From positions 64,001 to 128,000 of the forward strand of contig CAWJIE010000002.1 of the NCBI GenBank assembly GCA_963842885.1: DNA of 64,000 nt. The letters run 5' to 3'. The notes under the pieces are model-generated. The model worked only from the letters and a program-made list of their open reading frames with translations. It was not told the DNA's origin and did not search any database. Each line of letters begins with the position of its first letter. Position 1 is the stretch's first letter. Source of the DNA: an uncultured Nitrososphaerota archaeon (GTDB lineage: Archaea > Thermoproteota > Nitrososphaeria > Conexivisphaerales > DTJL01). The position numbers were made by a program, and so were the translations under genes. Of this stretch, positions 30,897 through 40,560 are shown one piece after another.

Positions 30897-31655
30897 TTAA
30901 GAGGACTTTGCCCACGGTCCGGTTGCCCACGAACTGTGCAAAGTTCGCATGAGATAGAGAGCCGCGTACAAAGAAGATGAAATTAGCAGCAAGGACAAGA
31001 GAGTTCTTTGCGAATAGTCAAACGAAGCCGTGAAGATGTAGACGCTGTGGTAGCCAATATATTCAAGGAACGCAAATCTCAATCCGAATCCTACGGCACT
31101 GGCTAGAACGAATCTGACCGCACTCATCTTCAGCGTCCCTGCGGCCAAGGAAGTGACGCTGTAGAAGTACGGTATGAAGGTGGATATGAAAATGGAGAAA
31201 TGGCCGTGTTCTGCCAACCATCTATCGGCAGCCTCGATGTCCTTCTCGGATATATCGACATAGGACAGGCCCTTCAGCAGTATCCGTCTGCCCGCAAATC
31301 TGCCAGGGACGTATTCTATCGGAAGCACGGCGGCCGCGAGGCATACCAAAAACGTCGTATACGGATCGAATACCCGTATTGATGACAGATAACCATATGC
31401 CGGAACGAGAAGGTAATCAGGTATTGGTAGAAAGGCGAGGCTGACGAACATGCCGATATAACCCGCTAACAGGAGTGGCGACGAATAGCCCACCTTGCTG
31501 ATATCATAGGACGATATGTTAGCGAAATGGAGATAGGCGTTCAGCAGGGCCAGGGCGCTCAGCGATATGACGAGCATCGAAATCACGAAAAGATAGTGCC
31601 AATATTTGTAAGGCAGAGCATGTTCGCCTCCTCTGAACCGGTGTGTTGCGCTCAT
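30897..31655 (-). CDS. DedA/VTT-family membrane protein
   Basis: FLPIPDYLLVPAYGYL, WLAEHG, FIP..SLAAG.LKM...F. Confidence 0.85.
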   Translation of the reverse strand: MSATHRFRGGEHALPYKYWHYLFVISMLVISLSALALLNAYLHFANISSYDISKVGYSSPLLLAGYIGMFVSLAFLPIPDYLLVPAYGYLSSIRVFDPYTTFLVCLAAAVLPIEYVPGRFAGRRILLKGLSYVDISEKDIEAADRWLAEHGHFSIFISTFIPYFYSVTSLAAGTLKMSAVRFVLASAVGFGLRFAFLEYIGYHSVYIFTASFDYSQRTLLSLLLISSSLYAALYLMRTLHSSWATGPWAKSS

Positions 31656-31802
31656 TCATCGTTCTCTCCGCATCTCAGGAACTGTCGTGTCGTTCGAAAC
31701 GATTTACTACGTTACGTATTTAGTTTTTGAGGGGCTCTTCTTCAGGGCGTACCTCAACCAGCCCTACGTCTGAATGATTCTGTGACCGTCGTTAGCGTAA
31801 AC

Positions 31803-31858
31803 ACTGTTTGACCAAGCTACAGGTTGGGCAAACTTAAGAACCAATAACAGTCATAGGC
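31803..31858 (+). repeat. Module C
   Basis: ACTGTTTGACCAAGCTACAGGTTGGGCAAACTTAAGAACCAATAAC; matches 32765-32820 and the reverse complement of 44701-44735. Confidence 0.85.
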
Positions 31859-31989
31859 TATCCTTCCGCCCTCGTTCAGATAACCTATAGATAATCGCAG
31901 ATTTGCTAGCCAAACTCAAGCGACGTGCCGAAGCCCAGAAGGAAGAATGTATTTATAGACGCTTCTCGAGGTTTTCATGGTATCACAGA

Positions 31990-32361
31990 ATGCCTTCTTC
32001 AGATGACGACATCCTGGCGGAACTTCGAGAGATCCGGAAGCTGCTCACGCCCGCTCCTGCACCTACCCCCAAGAAGGGGTTCATGAATGAGTTCAAGACC
32101 TTCCTGGAAAACTACAAGGTGCTGGGACTGGCGGTCGCATTCATCCTCGGCATCTACCTTGGAGCCCTGGTCAAGTCCCTGGTTACCGACCTGGTAATGC
32201 CGATCGTATCGTACGCCCTCCCGAAAAACACCAACATCAACACGTACATGGTTGGCCCGTTTGGCATCGGCGACTTTGGCAATAGCGTCCTGACCTTCAT
32301 CATCGTCGCTTTGGTCATCTTCCTGATTGTGAAGCTAGCTGAACGGGCGAACATCAAGTAA
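31990..32361 (+). CDS. mscL: Large-conductance mechanosensitive channel
   Basis: EFKTFL..YKVLGLAVAFILG..LVKSLVTDLVMP..GDF...LTFIIVA.VIF; TATTTATA upstream at ~31950. Confidence 0.9.
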   Translation: MPSSDDDILAELREIRKLLTPAPAPTPKKGFMNEFKTFLENYKVLGLAVAFILGIYLGALVKSLVTDLVMPIVSYALPKNTNINTYMVGPFGIGDFGNSVLTFIIVALVIFLIVKLAERANIK

Positions 32362-32764
32362 TTCGGCAAAGGGTATCGAATCGTTCGGTCAGCAGCTCTT
32401 CGGGAGCTCATCGAAGGGCCCTCTTTTTTTCGCAGTCATCAACCAATCAATAAGCCTGTGCGAGACCCAGCTGCAGGGCATCTCAGAGAGCCGTTTCAGT
32501 GGTTTCTCGATAGAGATTGGGGAACCTTTGTGGCCACGTTCCTCTACTATTACTGGAGCATCGCCCACGCCTTCGTCATCCCTTCGATCGACGGGCCCTA
32601 GCTCCTCTACCTATTGCTTTCTCGCCTCTCAGACCTTTCAAGAGGATGTGCAGCGCTTTTTCTGATGCCGTCTCAGCAAACCAATAAACAAACTCACTTT
32701 ACTATTAGACGGTTAAATTAGACATATCATCTGATGGATTGCAAAGGACCGCGAAAGCTCGATT

Positions 32765-32820
32765 CCTATTTGTCTAAGCCACAGCTTGGGCAAACTTAAA
32801 GACCAATAACGGCCGTGGGC
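32765..32820 (+). repeat. Module C
   Basis: CCTATTTGTCTAAGCCACAGCTTGGGCAAACTTAAAGACCAATAACGGCCGTGGGC. Confidence 0.85.
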
Positions 32821-32950
32821 CAAGTGTTGCCCTCGATTTGGGGGGCGTCCACTTGAACTCCGCGGCCCCGGAGGCGTGTCTTGCGCCGTCATCAGGATGG
32901 TCACTAACACCCAAATACGCCCTGCCCTACCAGTCTGAGAGGTACAGTGC

Positions 32951-33937
32951 TTGCAGGACATCATAGAGGTGGAAGACCTCGTCGTGGTGTATCCTGACGG
33001 AACGCGAGCTGTCGAAAATGTTTCATTTAGCGTCAAAGAGGGCGAGTTCTTCGGATTTCTAGGCCCGAACGGGGCGGGAAAGAGCACTACGATCAAGACT
33101 CTGACGACCCTTCTCCACAAGACCTCCGGCCAGGTCTCGGTCGCCGGTTATGACTTGGACAGGTTTCCAAAAGAGATCCGGAGGTCCATCGGCGTGCTGA
33201 CCCAGGAGACGAGCATAGACGTCGACCTCACCGGGAGGGAGAACCTGCGTCTCCAAGGGAGCCTGCAGCAGCTTCACGGCCAGGTTCTTGAGCGGCGTAT
33301 CGACGAACTGTTGAAATTGATGCGGCTGGAGGATGTAGCGAAGAAGCCCGCGGGTCGTTACTCCGGCGGAATGAAGAAGAGACTCGACTTGGCTTCGGCC
33401 CTGATTCACAAGCCGAAGCTCTTGTTCCTGGACGAGCCGACCAATGGCCTCGACCCTCAATCACGCTCCGCAATCTGGGAGTATCTGGAAGGCTTGAACA
33501 AGAATGAAGGCACCACGATCTTCTTGACTACGCAGTATCTGGAGGAAGCTGACCGGCTCTGCCGTGAGCTCTCGATAATCGACCACGGCAAGATCATCGC
33601 GAGTGGAACTCCTTCGGAGCTCAAGGCTGCGGTGGGAGGTGACAAGATCACTCTCACCTTGAAAGACGCATCGCTGAGAGCGAGGACGAGAGAGATCCTC
33701 AAGACGGTCCAAGGAGTCACCAACGTCATGGATTCGGACGACGGCGTTGTCGCCTATGCGAAGAACGCGGGCCAGATCATAGCTGACGTCGTTGCGACTT
33801 TGGACCGAAACGGCATCCGACCATCCTTCCTCAGCATCTCCTCTCCCACCTTGGACGACGTGTTCTTGCGCGAGACCGGTCGGAGCATCAGGCCCGAGGA
33901 GCTAACGAGGAAGGAGACGGAGCCGTTTCTTATGTGA
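32951..33937 (+). CDS. ABC transporter ATP-binding protein (DrrA-like)
   Basis: GPNGAGKST, YSGGM, LFLDEPT, PTLDDVF. Confidence 0.95.
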   Translation: MQDIIEVEDLVVVYPDGTRAVENVSFSVKEGEFFGFLGPNGAGKSTTIKTLTTLLHKTSGQVSVAGYDLDRFPKEIRRSIGVLTQETSIDVDLTGRENLRLQGSLQQLHGQVLERRIDELLKLMRLEDVAKKPAGRYSGGMKKRLDLASALIHKPKLLFLDEPTNGLDPQSRSAIWEYLEGLNKNEGTTIFLTTQYLEEADRLCRELSIIDHGKIIASGTPSELKAAVGGDKITLTLKDASLRARTREILKTVQGVTNVMDSDDGVVAYAKNAGQIIADVVATLDRNGIRPSFLSISSPTLDDVFLRETGRSIRPEELTRKETEPFLM

Positions 33938-33946
33938 GCTGATTGG

Positions 33947-34714
33947 ATGACGATATTCCGCGACACGCAATCACTCTTGAAGAGGGGCCTGACAAAACTC
34001 GTCAGGAATCCAACCCTGCTTGCGACGAGTCTGGTCGAACCCTTGTTCTTTCTCCTGATCTTCTCGCAGCTGTTCCAGAAGCTAGGCGTCTTTCTGCCAG
34101 GCGAACCGGGAGGCTATCTTGCTTACCTTACTCCGGGGATTGTAATGTTTTGCGCCCTCATAACTTCTCCTCAGAGCGGAGTCTCGATCGCGAATGATCT
34201 GAATTCGGGGTTTCTCTCGAAGATGCTCCTGACTCAGGTATCGAGGCCTGCAATCCTATTGGGGAGGCTGCTGACGGATGTGTCCATGGTCGTAGCGCAG
34301 ACATTGATCACGATCATCGTTGCGATTGCGATGGGGGTGAGAATCTCCTCTGGGCTACCTGGAATCTTGCTCATGCTCCTGACGGTTGCGTTCTTTGAGC
34401 TGGCGTTTTCGGGGATCTTCCTTGCGATTGGGATGAGGACCAGGAAGACAGAGACGATCTCCGCCCTGGCTGGATTCCTCTATATGCCGCTGATCTTTTT
34501 GAGCAGCGCGATGTTTCCTGCTTCATTTTTCCCCTCTTGGGTGCAGACTATCTCCAGTTACAACCCCGTGAGCTACGCCTCGGACGTGACACGCGAGCTT
34601 GTACAGGGCGGACTGACCCTCAGTACGCTCGCGTCCGCGTACGCGTTGATCGGAGTCATCGCGATTGTCACCTTCGCAGCCACCCTGTACCAGTTCAGAA
34701 AGGTGATAAGCTAG
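33947..34714 (+). CDS. ABC-2 type permease
   Basis: About six TM helices, YLTPG, FLSSAMFP, NPVSY; adjacent to the ATPase. Confidence 0.93.
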   Translation: MTIFRDTQSLLKRGLTKLVRNPTLLATSLVEPLFFLLIFSQLFQKLGVFLPGEPGGYLAYLTPGIVMFCALITSPQSGVSIANDLNSGFLSKMLLTQVSRPAILLGRLLTDVSMVVAQTLITIIVAIAMGVRISSGLPGILLMLLTVAFFELAFSGIFLAIGMRTRKTETISALAGFLYMPLIFLSSAMFPASFFPSWVQTISSYNPVSYASDVTRELVQGGLTLSTLASAYALIGVIAIVTFAATLYQFRKVIS

Positions 34715-34988
34715 TCGACGGGTGATTGCGGCGTTCACATGCATCCGGGTGACCGTCACGAATACCATCGACAATTCCCCCTATTCGGTCAATATCAGGT
34801 TCCTTTCCGCCAGCCTGACGAGCCAGCTGGACTGGGCCTATGCCATAATCTGGTACCGGGGAATAGAGAGCGTGACTCCCTATGTCTACTGCATGATGGT
34901 CAACTCATCTGCTTTCATCGTCTCGATTCCCGGCGGCCCTCCGGTCTGACTTCAGGGGCGTTTGGTCTACCATTTCGCGCCCCCTAGA

Positions 34989-35016
34989 CCAGCCCATTCG
35001 CAGGTCCAAGCCCACG
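34989..35016 (+). repeat. Core repeat A
   Basis: CCAGCCCATTCGCAGGTCCAAGCCCACG. Confidence 0.92.
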
Positions 35017-35134
35017 TCCTGAAACAAAGCTCGATCGATTATCAGCTCAACATTCATATCTTGGCAATACCTCAGTCTTCTACACGACCCAAGACAGTTC
35101 AGGTAAAACAGGGTACATTGCGATAGCCATCTTC

Positions 35135-35521
35135 TTGGTCGGGCTGGTGGCCTTCTTCGGACTTCAAGCATCTTTTGGGTCTGGTCTGCACACACAAATT
35201 CTTTGCAGCGAGAAGTTTGTTCTATGGGCGGCGACGGACTCATCGAACACCTCGCTTGTCATTTCTGTAACAAACAATGGGTGTGGCGCAGCGACCGTCA
35301 CTCAGGTCTTGTTTGACAACGCGTCGGTCGCGCTGAGCAGCATGACCCCTGAAGGGAATTTCACGAAAACCTCAGCCGGCGCTTTCCAACTGGCATCCGG
35401 GAAGACAGGAGAGCTGCTGATTGAGAAGTCCTCCCTAGACGTCAGTTCGGGACAGAGCTATGACATCTTGGTAATCACGGCAGCAGGGAACAGCTACCCT
35501 TCTCAGGGAGTCTGGCCGTGA
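35135..35521 (+). CDS. Archaeal pilin-like small secreted protein (5' end unclear)
   Basis: Hydrophobic N-terminus, ISVTNNG, C-terminal SGQSYDILVITAAGNSY. Confidence 0.6.
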   Translation: MVGLVAFFGLQASFGSGLHTQILCSEKFVLWAATDSSNTSLVISVTNNGCGAATVTQVLFDNASVALSSMTPEGNFTKTSAGAFQLASGKTGELLIEKSSLDVSSGQSYDILVITAAGNSYPSQGVWP

Positions 35522-35541
35522 GTTGCCTCTTCCTCATCCAA

Positions 35542-35608
35542 TTAATCAATTGTTTTCAATAACACAAAGATGAACGATCCCAGCCTATTTCGCAGGTCCA
35601 AGCCCCCG
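35542..35608 (+). repeat. Module B plus core repeat A
   Basis: TTAATCAATTGTTTTCAATAACACAAAGATGAACG..CCAGCCTATTTCGCAGGTCCAAGCCCCCG. Confidence 0.92.
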
Positions 35609-35714
35609 CCGCTTCACATAAGAGAGAGGAGCAAGCAAGTTCCACTAAAATCACGCGAGTTGAAGACTAGGACCGCGCCCCCCATTGAAGAGCAGCTTCC
35701 TCCTCACTTCGCTT

Positions 35715-36695
35715 TCATCCCGACCCGAGGACTATTGGAGCCATGATGTCCACGTTGAGGGTGACCTGATAACTTTGTCCGTTCATCAAGAGATTGACAA
35801 CTACAGTCTGTTCCTCGTAGGGGCTGTTCTGGGGAGCACTGACTGTAGTGAAGAAGTAGCGCACCTGATATGGCTGAATCGTAGTGACAAACGGCTGCGT
35901 TGAATATGGGGCGTTGAGGTCGTCTTGGTCATAGGACCACATCTTGAGCCAGCTGGCAGTCACCATGGTGGATAGTGATACACTGAGATTCGGAGCGTTC
36001 GCCGAGCTCGGCACATAGGCTATGCCCCAGAGTATGTTTTCGTGATGCCCCGGATTGACCACCACGCTGGGGTAAATCGGCAGTGGACTGCCTCTTGAGC
36101 CGGAGCCTATCAAGAAGACTGGCTCGGTGGGCTCAACAGGGACGGTGATGTTACCTGTTCCGAATGCGATGATGAGTGGCACCGTGGAGGGAGTGGCACT
36201 CGATGATGACACGACGCCGCCCGCCAGGTATAAGGTTGCATTGCCGCTGCCATCCGCGCCAATCGTGACCGAGGAAGCCGAGAGCCAGGCAGCAAGAGGG
36301 ACTTGAGGAAGGTCTAGAGCCAGGGGGATGGTTGTTCCAGGCTGCCCGCGGACTACGATTGGGAAGGCCTCCCCTGAGACCATACTGATTCCACCGTCGC
36401 TGAACGTGAAAGCGATACCACGACACGCTGCGTTCTCCACGGTCGCGTTGAAGCTCCCGTCGGTGAAGGTGAAGCCAGGCAGAGTCCAGCAGGATACTGT
36501 TGGATAGCTGTAGTTAGTGGTCGGCGTCGTTGTACGGAAAGTGATGGTTGGGAAGGGGGAGTTGTAGTAGCTGAAGGGCTGAGGTTGAGCTGTGGAGGAA
36601 GCTTTTGGCAAGACAACGACTGCAAGACCCGCCACGTCCAGGAGGAGCAGGGCAAACGCAATCGTCACCAATATCTTGCTGACCGCCCTTCTCAA
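35715..36695 (-). CDS. Secreted or membrane-anchored hypothetical protein
   Basis: MRRAVSK plus a hydrophobic segment; beta-rich S/T/P body. Confidence 0.75.
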   Translation of the reverse strand: MRRAVSKILVTIAFALLLLDVAGLAVVVLPKASSTAQPQPFSYYNSPFPTITFRTTTPTTNYSYPTVSCWTLPGFTFTDGSFNATVENAACRGIAFTFSDGGISMVSGEAFPIVVRGQPGTTIPLALDLPQVPLAAWLSASSVTIGADGSGNATLYLAGGVVSSSSATPSTVPLIIAFGTGNITVPVEPTEPVFLIGSGSRGSPLPIYPSVVVNPGHHENILWGIAYVPSSANAPNLSVSLSTMVTASWLKMWSYDQDDLNAPYSTQPFVTTIQPYQVRYFFTTVSAPQNSPYEEQTVVVNLLMNGQSYQVTLNVDIMAPIVLGSG

Positions 36696-36830
36696 GCCAA
36701 ATCCAAGCTCATGGTACCGAGGGACAGCCCATAAACCTAGGCCTTAGAACGACTCGATTCTCTTCCAGACAAGACCCAGTTCAATCAGACGGTCGACAGA
36801 ACTAAATGCTAATAGGAAAGAGACGGCCAA

Positions 36831-37199
36831 ATGGAGGACAGACGTCTGATGGCAAGGCTGAGGCTGCACAGGCGGACGGCCATCCGTGTGGGCATGCTGC
36901 TCGTAGCCGTTTCCTTCGTGGGAGCCCTCATCGGGAGTGCGATCGCCAATGCTACACAATCCGACCCTCTGGCCTTCTATGCCGTGGGCGGGACAATAGG
37001 GTTCTCCGGCTTGATTCTGCTTCTAGTCTCTCCCTTCCTGCCTCAGCCTCGTGGGGATGAGTACCGTGGGATGGGTGACCTTCTGTCACAAGAGAAAGTC
37101 CACTACGGCAACTACGCAGTGGGCAACTGGCGGACCACCCTCGACGAGATGGACAAGGAAGACAAAGAGAAGCGAAAGCGTGAAACCGACCACCAGTAG
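36831..37199 (+). CDS. Small two-TM membrane protein
   Basis: Two hydrophobic helices and a charged tail. Confidence 0.65.
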   Translation: MEDRRLMARLRLHRRTAIRVGMLLVAVSFVGALIGSAIANATQSDPLAFYAVGGTIGFSGLILLLVSPFLPQPRGDEYRGMGDLLSQEKVHYGNYAVGNWRTTLDEMDKEDKEKRKRETDHQ

Positions 37200-37210
37200 T
37201 CATCGAGAAG

Positions 37211-37258
37211 ACAGAGATGAACTGATTCAGCTCCATTCTTCCCAGGTCCAAGCCCACG
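37211..37258 (+). repeat. Degenerate end of module B plus core repeat A
   Basis: ACAGAGATGAAC...TTCCCAGGTCCAAGCCCACG (core 37239-37258). Confidence 0.85.
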
Positions 37259-37635
37259 TTCCTAACCGGGCGGTTTATGTCGCTAGATTGAATCCGGCAA
37301 GCGTGTTCGGGCAGTGAACAGTATATCAGAAGGCAGCCATGCAGTTCTTCATATCAAACGGAGGACGATCGCCGCCGACGCAATCCTGCTCGTCATAGGT
37401 TTTGTCCTGCCCGTCCAGCCCACCAAGGCGCCGACGGCCACAGCTATAGCGCTGCTCGGATGAAAATGTGCAGAACCAAAGGCCGGAGCTGAACCAGGCT
37501 CCATATGAGCCGAAGGTCCAAACCGGTCTGCGCCTGGGAACACCATAGATTTCTCGGCAAGACAGGACGGCCGGAATGTGTTCTCTATGGTGCGACCGGC
37601 AAAACTTTATACATACGTAGGAATCCCACGTTCCC

Positions 37636-38859
37636 GTGAATTATCCCGGGGGAAGGCATAGCCTGAAGGTCTTCACGTCAATTCTGCTTGTTTCACTTGT
37701 GGCACTGTCGGGAGTGGGTGCCGTCCACGCCTCCGCCGTGGTCGCCACCGTGCAGGTCATCGGCAACCCGACCAACATGGTCTACGATTCCGGCCGGGGG
37801 GAGGTGTTCCTGACCTATTCCGGAAGTAACGGTGGTGGCGGGATTCAGTCCATCTTTGACAGCAACAACACCGCCGGCGGATATGTTGGGACTGGAGGAG
37901 GGTCTGCGCTCGCCTACGACTCGGCCAAGGGCGAGGTCTTCGTGAACGTCGGCCAGAATTTTGTCGCGATAGTGAACGACACCACACTTGGCATATCGGA
38001 CGTGCCTGTGGGGCAGGGCCCGGCCAGCCTCGCATACGATTCTGGCGCTGGCGAAGTATTCGTCGCCAACACCGGATCGGGCACCGTGTCGGTGATATCG
38101 GACAGCAGCAACGCGGTGGTGGCCAACATAACCGTGGCAGCAAATCCCACGGCCGTGGCCTACGACCCCGCAAAGAGCGAGGTGTTCGTGCTGTCCCACA
38201 ACAATACTGGCTCTCTAGGCGCCCTTCTATCGGTCATCTCGGACAGCTCCAATAAGGTGGTCGCGACGGTGAGCCTCGGGGCCGGCGCGGGGACCATGGC
38301 CTTCGATTCCGGGAAGGGGGAGATATTCGTGCAGTCCGTCGAGAGCATCCAGGTGATATCCGACAGCAGCAACAAGGTCGTCGCCAGCATACCTCTCGGC
38401 ACGGGGGACACCTACGCCATGGCCTACGATTCGGGCAAGGGCCTGATCCTGTTCACCGACGATCACGGCCTGAACGTGATATCGGACAGCAGCAATTCGA
38501 TCGTCGCGCTGGGCGTGACGGCTGCCGGGAGCGCTCCCTGGGGGCTCGCTTACGATCCGGCCACGAACGAGGTCTTCGTGGCCAACTACGGCCCAAACGA
38601 CGTCATGGAGTACACGGTCACGGTCCTGTCTGACGCTTCGTTGCCAACCTCGTCGACCACCACCACTACGACCACCACCACGACAACCACTACTCCGACA
38701 ACCACCTCTACACCCGGCAAGAGCGGAGGCGGCGTGCCGGAGTTCCCGTATCAGCTCCTCGCGGCGGCGGCCTTCACGGCCATCTTGATGCTCTCGTATC
38801 TGCTGGTCCGGTCCCGGGCCTTGCCGAAGGCTCCGGCGGCAGCGAGGAGAGCCTCGTAG
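37636..38859 (+). CDS. YncE/YVTN-type beta-propeller surface protein with a PEF-CTERM-like sorting signal
   Basis: Seven AYDS..GEVFV..VISDSSN.VVA repeats, Thr linker, GGVPEFP, TM helix, basic tail. Confidence 0.9.
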   Translation: MNYPGGRHSLKVFTSILLVSLVALSGVGAVHASAVVATVQVIGNPTNMVYDSGRGEVFLTYSGSNGGGGIQSIFDSNNTAGGYVGTGGGSALAYDSAKGEVFVNVGQNFVAIVNDTTLGISDVPVGQGPASLAYDSGAGEVFVANTGSGTVSVISDSSNAVVANITVAANPTAVAYDPAKSEVFVLSHNNTGSLGALLSVISDSSNKVVATVSLGAGAGTMAFDSGKGEIFVQSVESIQVISDSSNKVVASIPLGTGDTYAMAYDSGKGLILFTDDHGLNVISDSSNSIVALGVTAAGSAPWGLAYDPATNEVFVANYGPNDVMEYTVTVLSDASLPTSSTTTTTTTTTTTTTPTTTSTPGKSGGGVPEFPYQLLAAAAFTAILMLSYLLVRSRALPKAPAAARRAS

Positions 38860-38891
38860 GGCGGACCTCCAATCGGCTCGGTGGCGGTTCC

Positions 38892-39827
38892 TTGATCAGG
38901 GTGGGGCGGGGGGACGCCAGGCTCGTGGCCTGGCTGGCGGTCACGTCCTTCGTCGCCGTCACCCTTTATCTTAGACAGCTGATGCTTCTGGTGTCGGGGC
39001 TCGATGAGCTCCTCACCTCGACCCTCGGGACCGTCTTTCCGGCGTATCCCTTCCTCGCCCTACTAGTCCTCCTCACCGCGCTCCGCTGGAAGGACTTCCA
39101 AAGGGCATTCGCTGCCGAAAGGGGGCTGGTCACCAAACCATGGATTCGGCTTGCAGGGGTGGCGTTGATCCTCCTTCCGGCAGCGCTGTGGGCCCTCTTG
39201 TTCGGCCAGGGAGGGGCGCCGACGCAGTATCTTGGGATGGAGTTGGCCGCCTCCTCTCTGGTGTTGGTAATATATGGCAGCCTGTTGGCGACCAGCCCCA
39301 CGCTCTGGAGGATGATGCTCCCCTACGCATCCCTGTATGTGGTAGGACTGGTCTCACCGCTCTTCTTAGTGGAGGCGCTGGGGGGGCAGCTGGCTTCCCT
39401 GTCGAGCGGAATGGCGGCCGTCATGACGAGAGCTCTTGGGATCCCAGTGGCATGGCAGGGCGTCTCGTTCTCCTTCGTCTCCGCTGCGGGTGAGCCCATA
39501 AGCTCGGTCGTGACGCCCGCCTGCTCGGCGGTCTACTCCATCGGCATATACCTGGGCCTCCTCGGCCTGATGTACTTGGACATGAGGTCCAGCCCGACGA
39601 CGATAGCCGAGTTCGCCATCCTAGGGGTAGCCATCATCCCGCTCCTCGACTCTGCGAGGATCGCCATCACGATCTGGTTCGGCTTCGAAGGCGGGTCGGC
39701 CGCGTTCTGGGGCATCCACGATTGGCTCGGCTACGCCCTCTTCCTGGCCTTCTACATCGGGGCCTTGCTGGCATACTCTAGGACGGTCAGTAGGCCTTCA
39801 GGGCCGGCAAGCACCTTCACACCCTGA
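38892..39827 (+). CDS. Exosortase/archaeosortase-family protein
   Basis: Polytopic; VTPACS (Cys), DSARI (Arg), IHDWLG (His) in family order; directly downstream of a VPEF protein. Confidence 0.85.
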   Translation: MIRVGRGDARLVAWLAVTSFVAVTLYLRQLMLLVSGLDELLTSTLGTVFPAYPFLALLVLLTALRWKDFQRAFAAERGLVTKPWIRLAGVALILLPAALWALLFGQGGAPTQYLGMELAASSLVLVIYGSLLATSPTLWRMMLPYASLYVVGLVSPLFLVEALGGQLASLSSGMAAVMTRALGIPVAWQGVSFSFVSAAGEPISSVVTPACSAVYSIGIYLGLLGLMYLDMRSSPTTIAEFAILGVAIIPLLDSARIAITIWFGFEGGSAAFWGIHDWLGYALFLAFYIGALLAYSRTVSRPSGPASTFTP

Positions 39828-39893
39828 CCCCTGGCGCATTTAACTTCACATGAAACCCCACGCTTAACTTACAGCCTCCAAGGAGGGCCCGTT

Positions 39894-39970
39894 TTCGCAG
39901 GTCCAAGCCCACGCCGAAGATGGGCGGCTAACGAGACAGTAATCCTTCCCAGCATCGATAGATATCCAAA
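39894..39970 (+). repeat. Core repeat A followed by module D in reverse orientation
   Basis: Core at 39894-39913; CCTTCCCAGCATCGATAGATATCCAA (~39944-39969) is the reverse complement of module D. Confidence 0.85.
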
Positions 39971-40004
39971 AGGGTCAAAAGCCCGCCTGCCTATACTCTC
40001 ACCA

Positions 40005-40157
40005 ATGCCAGTCTGCGACGTCTGCGGCAAGATCGTGAAAGACCTGAGAAGGCACAAGGCCCGTGGCCGCTGCGGCAAGAAGGGGAAGACGACGCGGGCG
40101 CCGCCTCGCAAGTACCAGCAGGGGACGCCCGAGTTCAGGTTGGGCCTGGACCTCTAG
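40005..40157 (+). CDS. 50-aa basic zinc-finger microprotein (CxxC...H...C)
   Basis: Hand translation MPVCDVCGKIVKDLRRHKARGRCGKKGKTTRAPPRKYQQGTPEFRLGLDL*; below the ORF-track cutoff. Confidence 0.6.
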   Translation: MPVCDVCGKIVKDLRRHKARGRCGKKGKTTRAPPRKYQQGTPEFRLGLDL

Positions 40158-40294
40158 CTCTCTGGATGGAGGTCGCCGCGACCGTTGGGGCGACCATGGG
40201 ACTCGGCCAGTATCGCGACTATTAGGCTCAGGTCGAAAGGTAGGACGTAATCCGGGTGTTATGTTTATCTCCTTCACTGTGCGAAGCACGGCTC

Positions 40295-40522
40295 ATGACG
40301 CTATATGCGAGGGTGATGTCGTGGTGGACGGTCGGTCCGGGGGGCATCGCTGACAAGAACCTGTCAAAGAACCTGAGCAATATCATGGAGGCCATCCAGA
40401 GGGGCGGGGGGAAGATAACGAGCTTGACTTCTCAGCTTCAGGCCTTTCAGCTTCAGGCCATAAATCAGGGAGTAGTCCTGTACTTGATTCAGTACGAAGC
40501 TTCTTCCTACATCGATGTCTGA
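40295..40522 (+). CDS. Small hypothetical protein
   Basis: 75-aa ORF with TTTAT about 27-30 nt upstream. Confidence 0.55.
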   Translation: MTLYARVMSWWTVGPGGIADKNLSKNLSNIMEAIQRGGGKITSLTSQLQAFQLQAINQGVVLYLIQYEASSYIDV

Positions 40523-40560
40523 CTCAGATCGGCTGTCTCGTGGCTAGTTTCGCATGCACG

